Shown here: positions 33,720 to 42,587 of the stretch, piece after piece
How the letters are laid out: each line of letters starts with the position of its first letter
Numbering within the stretch: position 1 is the first letter of the stretch
Origin: Candidatus Poseidoniales archaeon
GTDB taxonomy: Archaea; Thermoplasmatota; Poseidoniia; Poseidoniales; Poseidoniaceae
NCBI GenBank assembly: GCA_038144595.1
Contig: JAYQOB010000004.1
Location: forward strand, 300,611-364,610
Direction: 5' to 3'
Length of the DNA stretch: 64,000 nt
Notes under the pieces: model-generated
Seen by the model: only the letters and a program-made list of their open reading frames with translations
What the model was told of the DNA's origin: nothing
The model's database searches: none
Program-made: the position numbers and the translations under genes

Positions 33720-33784
33720 GCGAGCGGCTGTTGCGGGGTATCCTTCTCCCGAAGGATGATGAACTCACACCCCTACGGAATTCC

Positions 33785-34357
33785 ATGCCTGACGCCATGG
33801 AACAACTCCGTGCCAGCCTCCAAGCAGCACCGGTCATCTGGAAAGGCGATTATCCGTACTTCATCCATCCCATCACCGACGGCGTCCCTCGAATGAATCC
33901 TGAGATATTGACGGCCATCACCGAACTCGTTGTTGGCCGCGTCGATTGGTCCGGCGTGGACATCCTGCTCGGGATTGAAGCCATGGGCCTGCCCCTGACG
34001 GCTCCGTTGTCCATGGCCACGGGCATTCCGCTGGTCATCGCTCGAAAGCGTTCCTACGGACTTGATGGTGAAGTGGAAATCGATCAGTCTACAGGCTACT
34101 CCAAGGGCGCCATGTACCTCAACGACCTGAAGAAGGGCGAACGTGTGGCCGTCGTCGATGATGTGCTCTCAACCGGTGGCACCCTTGAGGCCGTGATTGA
34201 AGGCGTCCGCCGTGCAGGTGCAGAGGTCACCGAGATCATCACCGTGGTGGAGAAAGGTGGCGGGTTGCGTCGCCTGCAAGGCCTCTACCCCGACATTCGC
34301 ATCCAATCCCTGGTTCGCCTCGAGATGGACGGCGACCAAGTTGTCTTGTTGGATTGA
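33785..34357 (+). CDS. hpt: archaeal-type hypoxanthine/guanine phosphoribosyltransferase
   Basis: GDYPYFIHPITDGVP, EAMGLPLTAPLS, ARKRSYGL.GEVEIDQSTGYSKG and PRPP loop VAVVDDVLSTGGT. Alternative starts are TTG 33716 (overlapping the gcvH-like stop) or ATG 33797. Confidence 0.75.
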   Translation: MPDAMEQLRASLQAAPVIWKGDYPYFIHPITDGVPRMNPEILTAITELVVGRVDWSGVDILLGIEAMGLPLTAPLSMATGIPLVIARKRSYGLDGEVEIDQSTGYSKGAMYLNDLKKGERVAVVDDVLSTGGTLEAVIEGVRRAGAEVTEIITVVEKGGGLRRLQGLYPDIRIQSLVRLEMDGDQVVLLD

Positions 34358-34440
34358 ACCTCCACGCCGCACTAAGTCTCTGCTCAAGGGCCGTGAAACC
34401 CCCAAAGAGAGCAGAAAAATTGGTGAGTGTTTATTGTTTA

Positions 34441-34448
34441 TTTTTTTT
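34441..34448 (+). terminator. oligo-T tract (T8), candidate archaeal terminator for the gcvH-like/hpt unit
   Basis: A T8 run lies 84 nt after the hpt stop and is preceded by the 7-bp inverted repeat TCTGCTC (34379-34385) / GAGCAGA (34409-34415). Confidence 0.25.
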
Positions 34449-34470
34449 GTTGGAATCTATCAAACAATGC

Positions 34471-34477
34471 TTTATTA
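34471..34477 (+). promoter_or_regulatory. candidate TATA box (TTTATTA) for the 2-TM protein/rhodopsin unit
   Basis: TTTATTA ends 24 nt upstream of ATG 34501, inside the only strongly AT-rich stretch of the window. Confidence 0.4.
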
Positions 34478-34500
34478 GGCGACGACCTAAGAATTTCGAC

Positions 34501-35511
34501 ATGAACTTTAACATCGTTACGAACATTACCCAACAGGTGTGCCAAACCGATGTGGAAGACATCCGTGAGGTCTATCTTGAAGCCATCTGCGTCCTTGCTG
34601 AAGCATCGACCTCTTTTATTCTGAAACTTGACGGCGGCAAGGCGAAAGTCGTCCGCTCAACCCTTCCGAGTTTACTCAACGTCTCGCTCAAAAGCGACTC
34701 CATCCGATTGGAGGACGATTCCTTTTGCCTGACGGAAGATGAGTTGGCGGCGTGGTCGGCCCTTCCCCCGGTGAGTGACGGGCGCATCAAATCCATCGTC
34801 CTGCGACGATTCACCGTTGGTTCAGAAGGGTACGTCGCTTGTGCTGGTTCCTCTCAAGTCGGCGCCTTCAACCAGGACATCTGCGACCAATTCAACTGGA
34901 CGGCCCCGTTGGGCGCCCACACCATCCGGTTGATTCGAAACTCTGCCAAAAACGAGCGTGAGAAGCGAGACCTCCTCAAAGAGATGGAGGTCATCAAGCA
35001 GGAGTTGGCCGGCGCCCAATCCGCAGCCGACCAACTCGAGGGGTCAAACGCCCAGCTTTCCAACGCTCTTCTCGAGGTATCGAGCGCCAAAGCGCAATCA
35101 AAGGCGCTGCTGCTGACGGTTGGCATCGGTATCATTCTCTTCGCCATCTCAGAATTCCGAATCGAGCCTTGGCTTGAAGCATCGGGCGTCTCCCCTTCCA
35201 CCTTGATCTACCAAAAAGTCCTGATCCTCGGAGGGCTGGTGCCCATTCAGGTGGTCGTTGAACGCTTTATCTCCTCGAAGGTGAACTCCAACGCTTCAGC
35301 CATTCGTGTTTCCATGTACGAGGAAGTGCTTGGCGTGCTCCTCGAAGACGGTGCCCTCTCGGAGAAAGAAATCCGATGGCTTGAGCTCTACCGCCGCCAG
35401 CAAGGCATCCTTCGCGAGGAAGCACAAGCGGTTGAGGCCCGCCTGCGGATGATGATGCTCAAAAATCGCCGTCAAAAATTACAAAACAGCCCGTCGGTTG
35501 TCTCTGCATGA
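34501..35511 (+). CDS. hypothetical coiled-coil protein with 2-TM hairpin and TerB-like C-terminal module, co-oriented with the rhodopsin
   Basis: 336 aa from ATG 34501. N-terminal ~150-aa soluble domain, coiled coil (NEREKRDLLKEMEVIKQELAGAQSAADQLEGSNAQLSNALLEVSS), TM1 ALLLTVGIGIILFAISEF, TM2 VLILGGLVPIQVVVERFI, then EDGALSEKEIRWLELYRRQQGILREEAQ. The stop is 13 nt before the rhodopsin ATG. Confidence 0.6.
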   Translation: MNFNIVTNITQQVCQTDVEDIREVYLEAICVLAEASTSFILKLDGGKAKVVRSTLPSLLNVSLKSDSIRLEDDSFCLTEDELAAWSALPPVSDGRIKSIVLRRFTVGSEGYVACAGSSQVGAFNQDICDQFNWTAPLGAHTIRLIRNSAKNEREKRDLLKEMEVIKQELAGAQSAADQLEGSNAQLSNALLEVSSAKAQSKALLLTVGIGIILFAISEFRIEPWLEASGVSPSTLIYQKVLILGGLVPIQVVVERFISSKVNSNASAIRVSMYEEVLGVLLEDGALSEKEIRWLELYRRQQGILREEAQAVEARLRMMMLKNRRQKLQNSPSVVSA

Positions 35512-35524
35512 AGGACGTGAATCC

Positions 35525-36538
35525 ATGAATCAACGCAAATACAGTACCCGTGCTCTCACCGCAACGCTCGTTCTCATTTTGGCTTTGTTGCCAACCGTCT
35601 CGGCTGCGGGTGGCTCGACCTTTGAAAACGGCGACGCAATGACCGGGCTTGAGCGAGTCACGTACATCTCGTTCGTGGCCATCAGCCTGATGTTCATCGC
35701 TGCTGCGTTCTTCTTGTTCATGGAACGCAACGACGTCGCACGCCGCCACCGCCCAGCCATTGGCATCGGCGTGATGATTGTCGGCATTGCTGGGTTCCAA
35801 TACGCCCTCATGCAGGACGTGTACATCGCTGACGGCTCCATCCCCACCGACTTCAGGTACGCCGACTGGTTGACCACCGTGCCTCTGATGGCCGTGACCT
35901 TTGCCGTTCTCGCTGGTCGAGAATCGTTCACCAACCACCGCTTGTTCAGCCTGCCCGGCATGTCGGTACCCGGCATCATCATCGTTGGTTCGTTGTTCAT
36001 GATGATCGGTGGCTACATCGGCCAGGTTGAGCTCGACCAGGCACTGATCGAGGGGGTTGAACCTTCCGGAACACACTGGTTCTTCTTCGCTCAGGGCATG
36101 ATTGGCTACCTGACCGTCTTCCTCATCGTTGGAACCCCATTCTCGGGCTCCTACGGCATCGACGACACCAAAATCGATGACGATTCCATCCGCCAAACCA
36201 TGGATCGCCTCCGCCGACTGGTGCTCTTTGGTTGGCTTATCTACCCTGCAGGCTACGTTGTCGGCGCCCTCGAGTTGGGTGGCGCAGGTGGGGCCGCTGG
36301 CATGATGCTGGTCTACAACCTCGCTGACCTCGTCAACAAGTTGGCCTTTGTTATCATCGTGCTCGTGGGGGCACGAGCCACCGAAGAAGCCCAAGCGGCG
36401 TACGATTCAACCCTCACCCACACACCAACCGTGGCGAAAACCGAGCGAGAGGAAGATGAGGACCACCGAGACAGCCTCCGTGAACTGGCCGCTCTCGCTT
36501 CTGAGATCGCCGATGAAGAGATCAGCGGCGAACTTTGA
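35525..36538 (+). CDS. type-1 microbial rhodopsin, proteorhodopsin-like
   Basis: Signal peptide plus seven TM helices. Helix C FRYADWLTTVPLM, helix F GWLIYPAGY, helix G YNLADLVNK (Schiff-base Lys). The track ORF begins at TTG 35498; the first ATG is at 35525. Confidence 0.9.
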   Translation: MNQRKYSTRALTATLVLILALLPTVSAAGGSTFENGDAMTGLERVTYISFVAISLMFIAAAFFLFMERNDVARRHRPAIGIGVMIVGIAGFQYALMQDVYIADGSIPTDFRYADWLTTVPLMAVTFAVLAGRESFTNHRLFSLPGMSVPGIIIVGSLFMMIGGYIGQVELDQALIEGVEPSGTHWFFFAQGMIGYLTVFLIVGTPFSGSYGIDDTKIDDDSIRQTMDRLRRLVLFGWLIYPAGYVVGALELGGAGGAAGMMLVYNLADLVNKLAFVIIVLVGARATEEAQAAYDSTLTHTPTVAKTEREEDEDHRDSLRELAALASEIADEEISGEL

Positions 36539-36618
36539 TCGGTGCAAGCTTCGCACTGCGATGTGGTGAATGGGTGGCTTCATGAGGGAGAGGCGCCGCC
36601 GTTGAGGTGAGGGGAAAC

Positions 36619-37728
36619 ATGGACCTTGACCGCCACGACTTCGAACTGGACGAGTTGATGGAGCGCATTCGCGCCAACGACAACCGTCTGATTGCCCTTC
36701 AGGTGCCCGAAGGCCTCAAGATGCAGGCCCTCGAAATGATGGACACCATTGAAACCGAAACCAGCGCCCAAGTCGTCTTGGCCGCGGACCCGTGCTACGG
36801 TGCGTGCGACCTCGTCCACGACAAGATGCAGCTCATGGGCGTGGAATTGGTCGCTCACATGGGTCATTCTCAAATGAACATCGATTCCGGCATGCCCACG
36901 CAATTCATCAACGTCACCTACGATGGCGACCCCGAACTCAGCCCCGTCCTTCCCTGGCTCGAGCAGCACCGCGCCATGGCTCAGGCACGTCTTTCCGAAC
37001 AAGGCCAAACCACCGACTTGACGGAAGAAGAAACGCAGGAGAAGTTCATGGATGCCGTGGGCCGAATGGCGCCGCTCAGCGACACCAAACTTGGCCTTGT
37101 CGGTTCCATTCAGCACCTTCACCTGCTGCCCGAATTCCACGACCGTTTGGAGAAGGCTGGCTTTGACGTCACCATCCCCATCGGCGGTGCTCGCCTTTCC
37201 TTCCCCGGTCAGGTCTTGGGTTGCAATTACTCCGGCGACGACCCCTCCATCGGCCACTACCTTTTCCTCGGAAGCGGGGACTTCCACCCCATCGGCCTCG
37301 TGCTCCACACCGGTAAACCGCTGGCCATGCTCGACCCCTACACCGGCGATGCGGAGGAGATGTCACTCCAACGCATTGAACGCATCCTTCGTCAGCGCTT
37401 CGGCCTCATCATGAGCGTCCAAGACGCCAACTCCTTTGGCATCCTCATCGGCGAAAAACCGGGTCAAATGCGTCGTACCCTTGCCCTTCGCATGAAGCGC
37501 ATGCTGGCGAAGCACGGCAAGAAAGGCTACCTGCTGGCGCTCGAGCACGTTGGACCCGAACTCATCGACTTCTACCCCGTTGACGCCTTTGTCAACACCG
37601 CTTGCCCCCGCATCGCCATCGATGATGCTGTCAAGTATCGCAAACCGCTCATCACGCCCTTCGAACTTGAAGTGGCCTTGGGCGAAAAGCAATGGGAAAC
37701 GGGCTACCAGTTCGACGAAATCCCCTGA
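36619..37728 (+). CDS. dph2: diphthamide biosynthesis enzyme Dph2 (2-(3-amino-3-carboxypropyl)histidine synthase)
   Basis: IALQVPEGLK, LAADPCYGACD and ...FVNTACPRIAIDD (Cys ligands of the radical-SAM-like 4Fe-4S site). Purine-rich GAGGTGAGGGG precedes ATG 36619. Confidence 0.8.
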   Translation: MDLDRHDFELDELMERIRANDNRLIALQVPEGLKMQALEMMDTIETETSAQVVLAADPCYGACDLVHDKMQLMGVELVAHMGHSQMNIDSGMPTQFINVTYDGDPELSPVLPWLEQHRAMAQARLSEQGQTTDLTEEETQEKFMDAVGRMAPLSDTKLGLVGSIQHLHLLPEFHDRLEKAGFDVTIPIGGARLSFPGQVLGCNYSGDDPSIGHYLFLGSGDFHPIGLVLHTGKPLAMLDPYTGDAEEMSLQRIERILRQRFGLIMSVQDANSFGILIGEKPGQMRRTLALRMKRMLAKHGKKGYLLALEHVGPELIDFYPVDAFVNTACPRIAIDDAVKYRKPLITPFELEVALGEKQWETGYQFDEIP

Positions 37729-37817
37729 TTCACCGGGCCACGGCGTGGAAAAGGCGAGCGGTGCGCCCGTTTTGAGACCACATCTTTTAGAACGGTTGAC
37801 ATCAGCATTCCCTTGAT

Positions 37818-39017
37818 ATGGTGGACTATCTTGACCGCATCGGCGCTGGGCTCATCATCGCCCATCCAGAGATGTTGGATTTTGACTACGTCCCTGATGA
37901 ACTGGTGGGCCGTGAGGACATCCAACGTGAGTTGGCCTCAAAATTCTCCAACGTGGCCTCACCCGAAGGAGCCGCACGAGCGGTGATCACCGGGCCGGTA
38001 GGCAGCGGAAAAACGGTGCTCGCCAAAACCTTCTGCAGGGACCTGCAACGGCATCTTGCTGGGAAACGTGAACTCAAGGTGGCGCACATCAACTGCCGGA
38101 ACGCCTCCACCAGCATGCGGGTGGCGCAACGCATCCTTCACCAGTTTGACCCTGGCCATCCCGACCGAGGCCTCTCGCTCGGTGAAATGCTGCTCAGCCT
38201 GCGAAAGATGCTCCGCCGAACCTCAACCCACCTCATCGTGGTGCTGGACGAAGTGGACCACATGCTGCGTCGGTCCGGGGATGAGTTGCTCTACCAGCTG
38301 CTTCGCATCGACGAAGACCAAGAGGGAACGGGAACGATTTCCCTGATGCTCATCAGCCAAGAGCAGGTCCTTGACGTCCTCGAGACCGCCGTCATTTCCA
38401 AGTTCGGTCAGTCCAATCACCTTCGAATCCCACCCTACACCGTGGATGGCCTCGAGGCCATTGCTCTGCAGCGAGCGGAACTGGCGCTCGTTCCGGGAAC
38501 GTACACCGAAGCCACCGTTCGCCTGCTCGCCGAGCGAGCCGCACCGAGCGGTGATGCCCGCCGTGTGATCGAATACCTGAGCGCTGCGGCTGAGCGATGC
38601 GAATTCCGCCAGGACAAGCACTCGGAACGCCTCATCAGTGCGGAGGACGTCCACGCCATGAACGACAACGTCGCCCTTGACACCAGCGCTCGCTTGGAAG
38701 TGGTGGATGACCTCGCACCGCAAGGCATGCTGGTGCTGCTCGCCATGTGCAGACGCCTCCGGACGGAGGAAAGCATGACGATGGGCGATGTTGAGCGGCT
38801 TTACGCCGTGGTCTGCGAGGAGTACGAACAAAAGCCGAAAAGCCACACCACGCTTTGGAAGTACGCCAAACTCATCGAACAGGAAGGCATCATTGCCACC
38901 CGCGTGGCCACCGTGCCGGGTGGGCGGGGGCGAACAACGCACCTGAGCATGCCGCACTTCCTCCCGGCCGACATCGCCAGCCGTCTCGAACTGCTCCTCC
39001 CGAAGCGACTTCGCTGA
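37818..39017 (+). CDS. cdc6: Orc1/Cdc6 replication initiator
   Basis: YVPDELVGREDIQREL, Walker A GPVGSGKT, Walker B VVLDEVDHML, sensor regions and a C-terminal winged helix (...GRGRTTHLSM). Confidence 0.9.
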   Translation: MVDYLDRIGAGLIIAHPEMLDFDYVPDELVGREDIQRELASKFSNVASPEGAARAVITGPVGSGKTVLAKTFCRDLQRHLAGKRELKVAHINCRNASTSMRVAQRILHQFDPGHPDRGLSLGEMLLSLRKMLRRTSTHLIVVLDEVDHMLRRSGDELLYQLLRIDEDQEGTGTISLMLISQEQVLDVLETAVISKFGQSNHLRIPPYTVDGLEAIALQRAELALVPGTYTEATVRLLAERAAPSGDARRVIEYLSAAAERCEFRQDKHSERLISAEDVHAMNDNVALDTSARLEVVDDLAPQGMLVLLAMCRRLRTEESMTMGDVERLYAVVCEEYEQKPKSHTTLWKYAKLIEQEGIIATRVATVPGGRGRTTHLSMPHFLPADIASRLELLLPKRLR

Positions 39018-39090
39018 CCTTGGCGGCGATGAGGCAGACGATGGGGCTAAATACGGGTCTTTTGTCGGACAAATCCCGAGAGGTGCTACC

Positions 39091-39567
39091 ATGGCAGAAT
39101 TCATCGCAGTCGTCAACGACACCGACGCCAAGAACGGCGGCAAGTCCTACGCTCTGAAAATCACCGGCAACAACCACGCCCAGATGCTCGGAAAGCGCAT
39201 CGGCGACGTCGTCGACGGCCTGTTTGTTGGCGAAGGCGACAAGACGCTGTCCGGCTACAAACTCGAAATCACGGGTGGTTCCGACAAGACCGGCACCCCC
39301 ATGCGCCGAGACCTCGAAGGCGGCAACCGCCAATCCATCCTCGTCACCCAGTCGACGGGGTACAAGGGCGAAGTCATCGTCAACAAAAAGAAGAGCGGGG
39401 AACAGAAGCGCTTCCGATACAAGCCCGATGGCCTGCGAAAGCGACGCAACTTCCGTGGCAACACGGTCACCCAAGACACCCGTCAAATCAACCTCAAAGT
39501 GGTCGAAGCCGGCAAGAAGCCACTCGCCACCATCCTCGCTGCTGAGGGCGAGGAAGCATCGGAGTGA
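39091..39567 (+). CDS. rps6e: 30S ribosomal protein S6e
   Basis: GYKLEITGGSDKTGTPMRRDLEG, ...RKRRNFRGNTV. The length and order (S6e then aIF2-gamma) match the conserved archaeal cluster. Confidence 0.9.
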   Translation: MAEFIAVVNDTDAKNGGKSYALKITGNNHAQMLGKRIGDVVDGLFVGEGDKTLSGYKLEITGGSDKTGTPMRRDLEGGNRQSILVTQSTGYKGEVIVNKKKSGEQKRFRYKPDGLRKRRNFRGNTVTQDTRQINLKVVEAGKKPLATILAAEGEEASE

Positions 39568-39606
39568 ACCCGAGAGGGCAATCGCACGACATAGGGAGGG
39601 GGAAGC

Positions 39607-40845
39607 ATGGCACGAAAGCTTCCCGCTCAACCCGAGGTCAACATCGGTCTGGTCGGTCACGTTGACCACGGGAAGACCACGCTGACGCAAGCACTGTCCG
39701 GCGTGTGGACCGACACCCATTCCGAAGAACGAAAGCGAGGGATCTCGATCAAACTCGGCTACGCTGACACAGCGTTCTACAAAGACGACAGCGGCCAGTA
39801 CTACGCCACGGGCAAGCGACCGGATGGCGGCGCTGATGTTGAGGGTGAATTGGAGCGCGTGGTGTCCTTCGTTGATGCACCCGGCCACGAGACACTGATG
39901 GCCATCATGATCACCGGGGCTTCCATTATGGACGGTGCCATGTTGATGGTGGCTGCCAACGAAACCTGCCCTCAACCCCAAACCCGAGAACATCTCATGG
40001 CGCTGGAAATCGCTGGCATCGAGAACATCGTCATCGTTCAGAACAAGATCGACCTGGTCTCGAAGGAGCGAGCCATGGAGTCTCACGCTGAAATCAAAGC
40101 CTTCCTCAAAGGCACCATCGCCGAAAACGCACCCATCATTCCCGTTTCAGCGCACCACGACGTGAACCTCGACATCCTCATTCACGCCATTGAGGCCACC
40201 ATTCCAACACCCGACCGGTCCAAGGACAAGCGCTCCATCATGCACGTTGCTCGTTCCTTTGACATCAACCGCCCAGGTACGCGCCCGACCAAACTTCGAG
40301 GCGGCGTCATCGGCGGAAGCATCGTGGAAGGTGAGTTCTCCGAAGGCGATGAAATCATCATCGGCCCCGGACGAAAAATCGAGAAGGGCAACAAGGCTAT
40401 TTGGGAGCCCATTGAAGCAGTGGTTAGCAGCATGCAAGGTGGTGGATTGAACCTCGACACCATGCACGCAGGAGGCCTCTGCGGCATGGCCACCTTCCTC
40501 GACCCCTCCATCACGACCTCGGACAACCTTTCCGGTCAGGTCGTCGCTCGCAAAGGTGACCTCCCCGAAGTCCACAACAGCGTGTCCATTGAGGTCAACC
40601 TGATGCAGCACATGGTCGCTGGGGACGGTGAATCCCCCGAGAAGATTCATCCGCTTCGCAACAACGAGATGTTGATGCTCAACGTGGCCACCGCCACTTC
40701 GGTGGGTGTGACTCGAAACGCAGAGAAAGGCAGGACGGACCTCGATTTGCGTCTGCCCATTTGTGCGGATAAAGGCCAACGCATCTCACTTTCACGTCGG
40801 ATCGGCTCTCGCTGGCGCCTGATCGGCTACGGCACCATCGTGTGA
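39607..40845 (+). CDS. eif2g: translation initiation factor aIF2 subunit gamma
   Basis: G1 GHVDHGKTTL, G3 DAPGHE, G4 QNKID, domains II/III. The zinc-knuckle region appears reduced. Confidence 0.95.
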   Translation: MARKLPAQPEVNIGLVGHVDHGKTTLTQALSGVWTDTHSEERKRGISIKLGYADTAFYKDDSGQYYATGKRPDGGADVEGELERVVSFVDAPGHETLMAIMITGASIMDGAMLMVAANETCPQPQTREHLMALEIAGIENIVIVQNKIDLVSKERAMESHAEIKAFLKGTIAENAPIIPVSAHHDVNLDILIHAIEATIPTPDRSKDKRSIMHVARSFDINRPGTRPTKLRGGVIGGSIVEGEFSEGDEIIIGPGRKIEKGNKAIWEPIEAVVSSMQGGGLNLDTMHAGGLCGMATFLDPSITTSDNLSGQVVARKGDLPEVHNSVSIEVNLMQHMVAGDGESPEKIHPLRNNEMLMLNVATATSVGVTRNAEKGRTDLDLRLPICADKGQRISLSRRIGSRWRLIGYGTIV

Positions 40846-40855
40846 GGCGGAAGCC

Positions 40856-41233
40856 ATGCAGCACGTGCTCATCGATGCATGCGGATGGGTGGCTTGCATG
40901 GAGGCAGGATTGAACGTTGAACGCGACCTCGAAGCTCTGCTTGGTCCATGCTCGTGGGTGCTGCTGCCGCATGTAGAGGCCGAACTCGAGCGCCTTGAAC
41001 GCGGGCGTCCAAAGAAGAAATCCCTGCTCCTGAGCCTGCTGCGGTCCCGAGCCAACCGGTTAGAAGGGCAACCAGGCGGCCACACCGATGACGTTCTTCT
41101 GGCCTGCGCCATGGAACACAATTGGGCCACACTGACCGTGGACACGGCCCTGAAACGGCGGCTCTACGAGGCCAACCTACCGGTCATTGAGGTCCGGCAG
41201 AACAGCCACCTTCACCTCGTTGATTCGCTATAG
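40856..41233 (+). CDS. PIN-domain protein (conserved neighbour of aIF2-gamma)
   Basis: 125 aa. VLIDACGW at the N-terminus, acidic residues spaced as in PIN domains (D..E..D..D), and the position after eif2g seen in many archaea. Confidence 0.55.
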   Translation: MQHVLIDACGWVACMEAGLNVERDLEALLGPCSWVLLPHVEAELERLERGRPKKKSLLLSLLRSRANRLEGQPGGHTDDVLLACAMEHNWATLTVDTALKRRLYEANLPVIEVRQNSHLHLVDSL

Positions 41234-41238
41234 AACGA

Positions 41239-41538
41239 TTACGGCAAGGTGAACAACACGTCGTCCCCGTGCCCGTCAAGCCAACCTATTTTCACGCCGG
41301 CATCGATCCAGGCATGTGCGTAGTTGATGGCACCAAAGGCGCGAACAAGGTCGCCAGTCTTGAGAAAATGTTGTGCGTCGGAAGCATAGTCGTCAGCCAT
41401 TCGAAGCATCACGGCGAGATGGGCTTCCTCTTCGGAAGGGGTTTCCACCAGCGGCGTGGCTTTCGCACGTGCCCGTCGCGTGATGTCAAGGTAGGATTCA
41501 ACGCGCTCAACCGTGAGCGAGGTCAAGTCGTCGCTCAT
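41239..41538 (-). CDS. DUF357-like small helical protein
   Basis: 99 aa. DDYASDAQHFLKTGDLVRAFGAINYAHAWIDAGVKIGWLD resembles the DUF357 pattern (Y..DA..f...gd...A......YA.GwlDag...G). ATGA overlap with the upstream gene. Confidence 0.5.
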   Translation of the reverse strand: MSDDLTSLTVERVESYLDITRRARAKATPLVETPSEEEAHLAVMLRMADDYASDAQHFLKTGDLVRAFGAINYAHAWIDAGVKIGWLDGHGDDVLFTLP

Positions 41539-42587
41539 TCGCCGCCCTCCTTTTGCCGCTTCAACAAGCGTCGTGCATCTTCCGTGCGCCCCAGCGCTTC
41601 GTAGAGTTCAATGGCCAAGGACAATTTTCCGAAATCTTCGGCTTCCTGGGCACGCACAAACATCTGACGTCGTTCCTCCCAATTTCGCGCCATGGCCGCT
41701 TGTGCTGCGGCTTTGTAGCGGCCTTCCCTCTCTGCATCGGCGAGATGTGGGGCAGTCCATCGTCGTAGAAGTCCTTCTCGAGTCGCCGTGACCATGGCGT
41801 CGGGCGTGCACAGCACCAGCAGGTCGCCGAGGTTCATGCCTTCGGTCAGTGGAACCTCGTCCTCATCTTGGCTTGGTCCTTCGGTCATGGAGATGAGATG
41901 ACCTTCAATGCCGAGAACCCACCAGCCATCGCCGCTTCGAACGGCGCCCATGGGCTCGAGACTGTCGTATTCCAACCGGTTGAGCATGTCCCAACCAAAG
42001 GGATGAGGAACGCCTTCCCACAATCCACCATCGCTGCTTTGCAACAACAATCGACCCTCTGCAAGGGTGGAACACCAACTCCACAAACGGTCCTCCAGCT
42101 TTCGTTTGCGATCATCGCCCGTCAACCGTCCGCACCAGAGGTGGCCATCGGGATCCTGCCAGATCAGGTGCTCTCGGTCCAACCAACCCACCAACCGGCG
42201 GACGGGGCCACTGTCAACCCGACGGATACCACGGCCCTGCTGTGAGAAGAGGTGAATCTCCCCCCGGCGACCTGCAAGCGCCCAGCCTCCGCCTGGTCGA
42301 GGAGCCAAATCGCTGAAACCACCAGGAGCGCTCCGGCCCTCGTTGACCATTGAACCATCGTTGGTGTTGACCAGGTAAAACCCGTGCGCGGCCAGGAGAC
42401 CTACAGCACCCTGTGTGGCTTTGGCGGCATGAACCTTGAACGGGACGTCGACCGACCATCGGGGACGCCCATCGGCTTCCAGCAATTCGAGTTGAAGGCC
42501 TGAGCTCACCAACACCCCGCCCTCCACGGCGGCGATGGTGGCCACGCGCTCGTGGGCTTGCCAAGACCATGCAATGTTCCATGTCAC
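41535..42587 (-). CDS. beta-propeller-like repeat protein with C-terminal helical (TPR-like) tail
   Basis: Repetitive G/W/D-rich ~40-aa units (GGVLVSS, DGRPRWS, GGWALAG, DGHLWCG, DGGLWEG, DGWWVLG), then AEDFGKLSLAIELYEALGRTEDARRLL. GTG start overlaps the upstream stop (GTGA). Confidence 0.55.
   Translation of the reverse strand: MTWNIAWSWQAHERVATIAAVEGGVLVSSGLQLELLEADGRPRWSVDVPFKVHAAKATQGAVGLLAAHGFYLVNTNDGSMVNEGRSAPGGFSDLAPRPGGGWALAGRRGEIHLFSQQGRGIRRVDSGPVRRLVGWLDREHLIWQDPDGHLWCGRLTGDDRKRKLEDRLWSWCSTLAEGRLLLQSSDGGLWEGVPHPFGWDMLNRLEYDSLEPMGAVRSGDGWWVLGIEGHLISMTEGPSQDEDEVPLTEGMNLGDLLVLCTPDAMVTATREGLLRRWTAPHLADAEREGRYKAAAQAAMARNWEERRQMFVRAQEAEDFGKLSLAIELYEALGRTEDARRLLKRQKEGGE

Noticed and set aside
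36541-36560. Imperfect hairpin GTGCAAGCTTCGCAC just after the rhodopsin stop, considered as a terminator.
   Set aside because: The stem is only 4 bp plus an internal AAGCTT palindrome with a bulge, there is no following T tract, and dph2 starts 60 nt later.
37729-37817. Replication origin expected next to orc1/cdc6.
   Set aside because: The upstream spacer is only 89 bp, is not AT-rich, and has no repeated ORB-like elements. The downstream spacer (39018-39090) is equally featureless. The origin, if linked, is not visible here.
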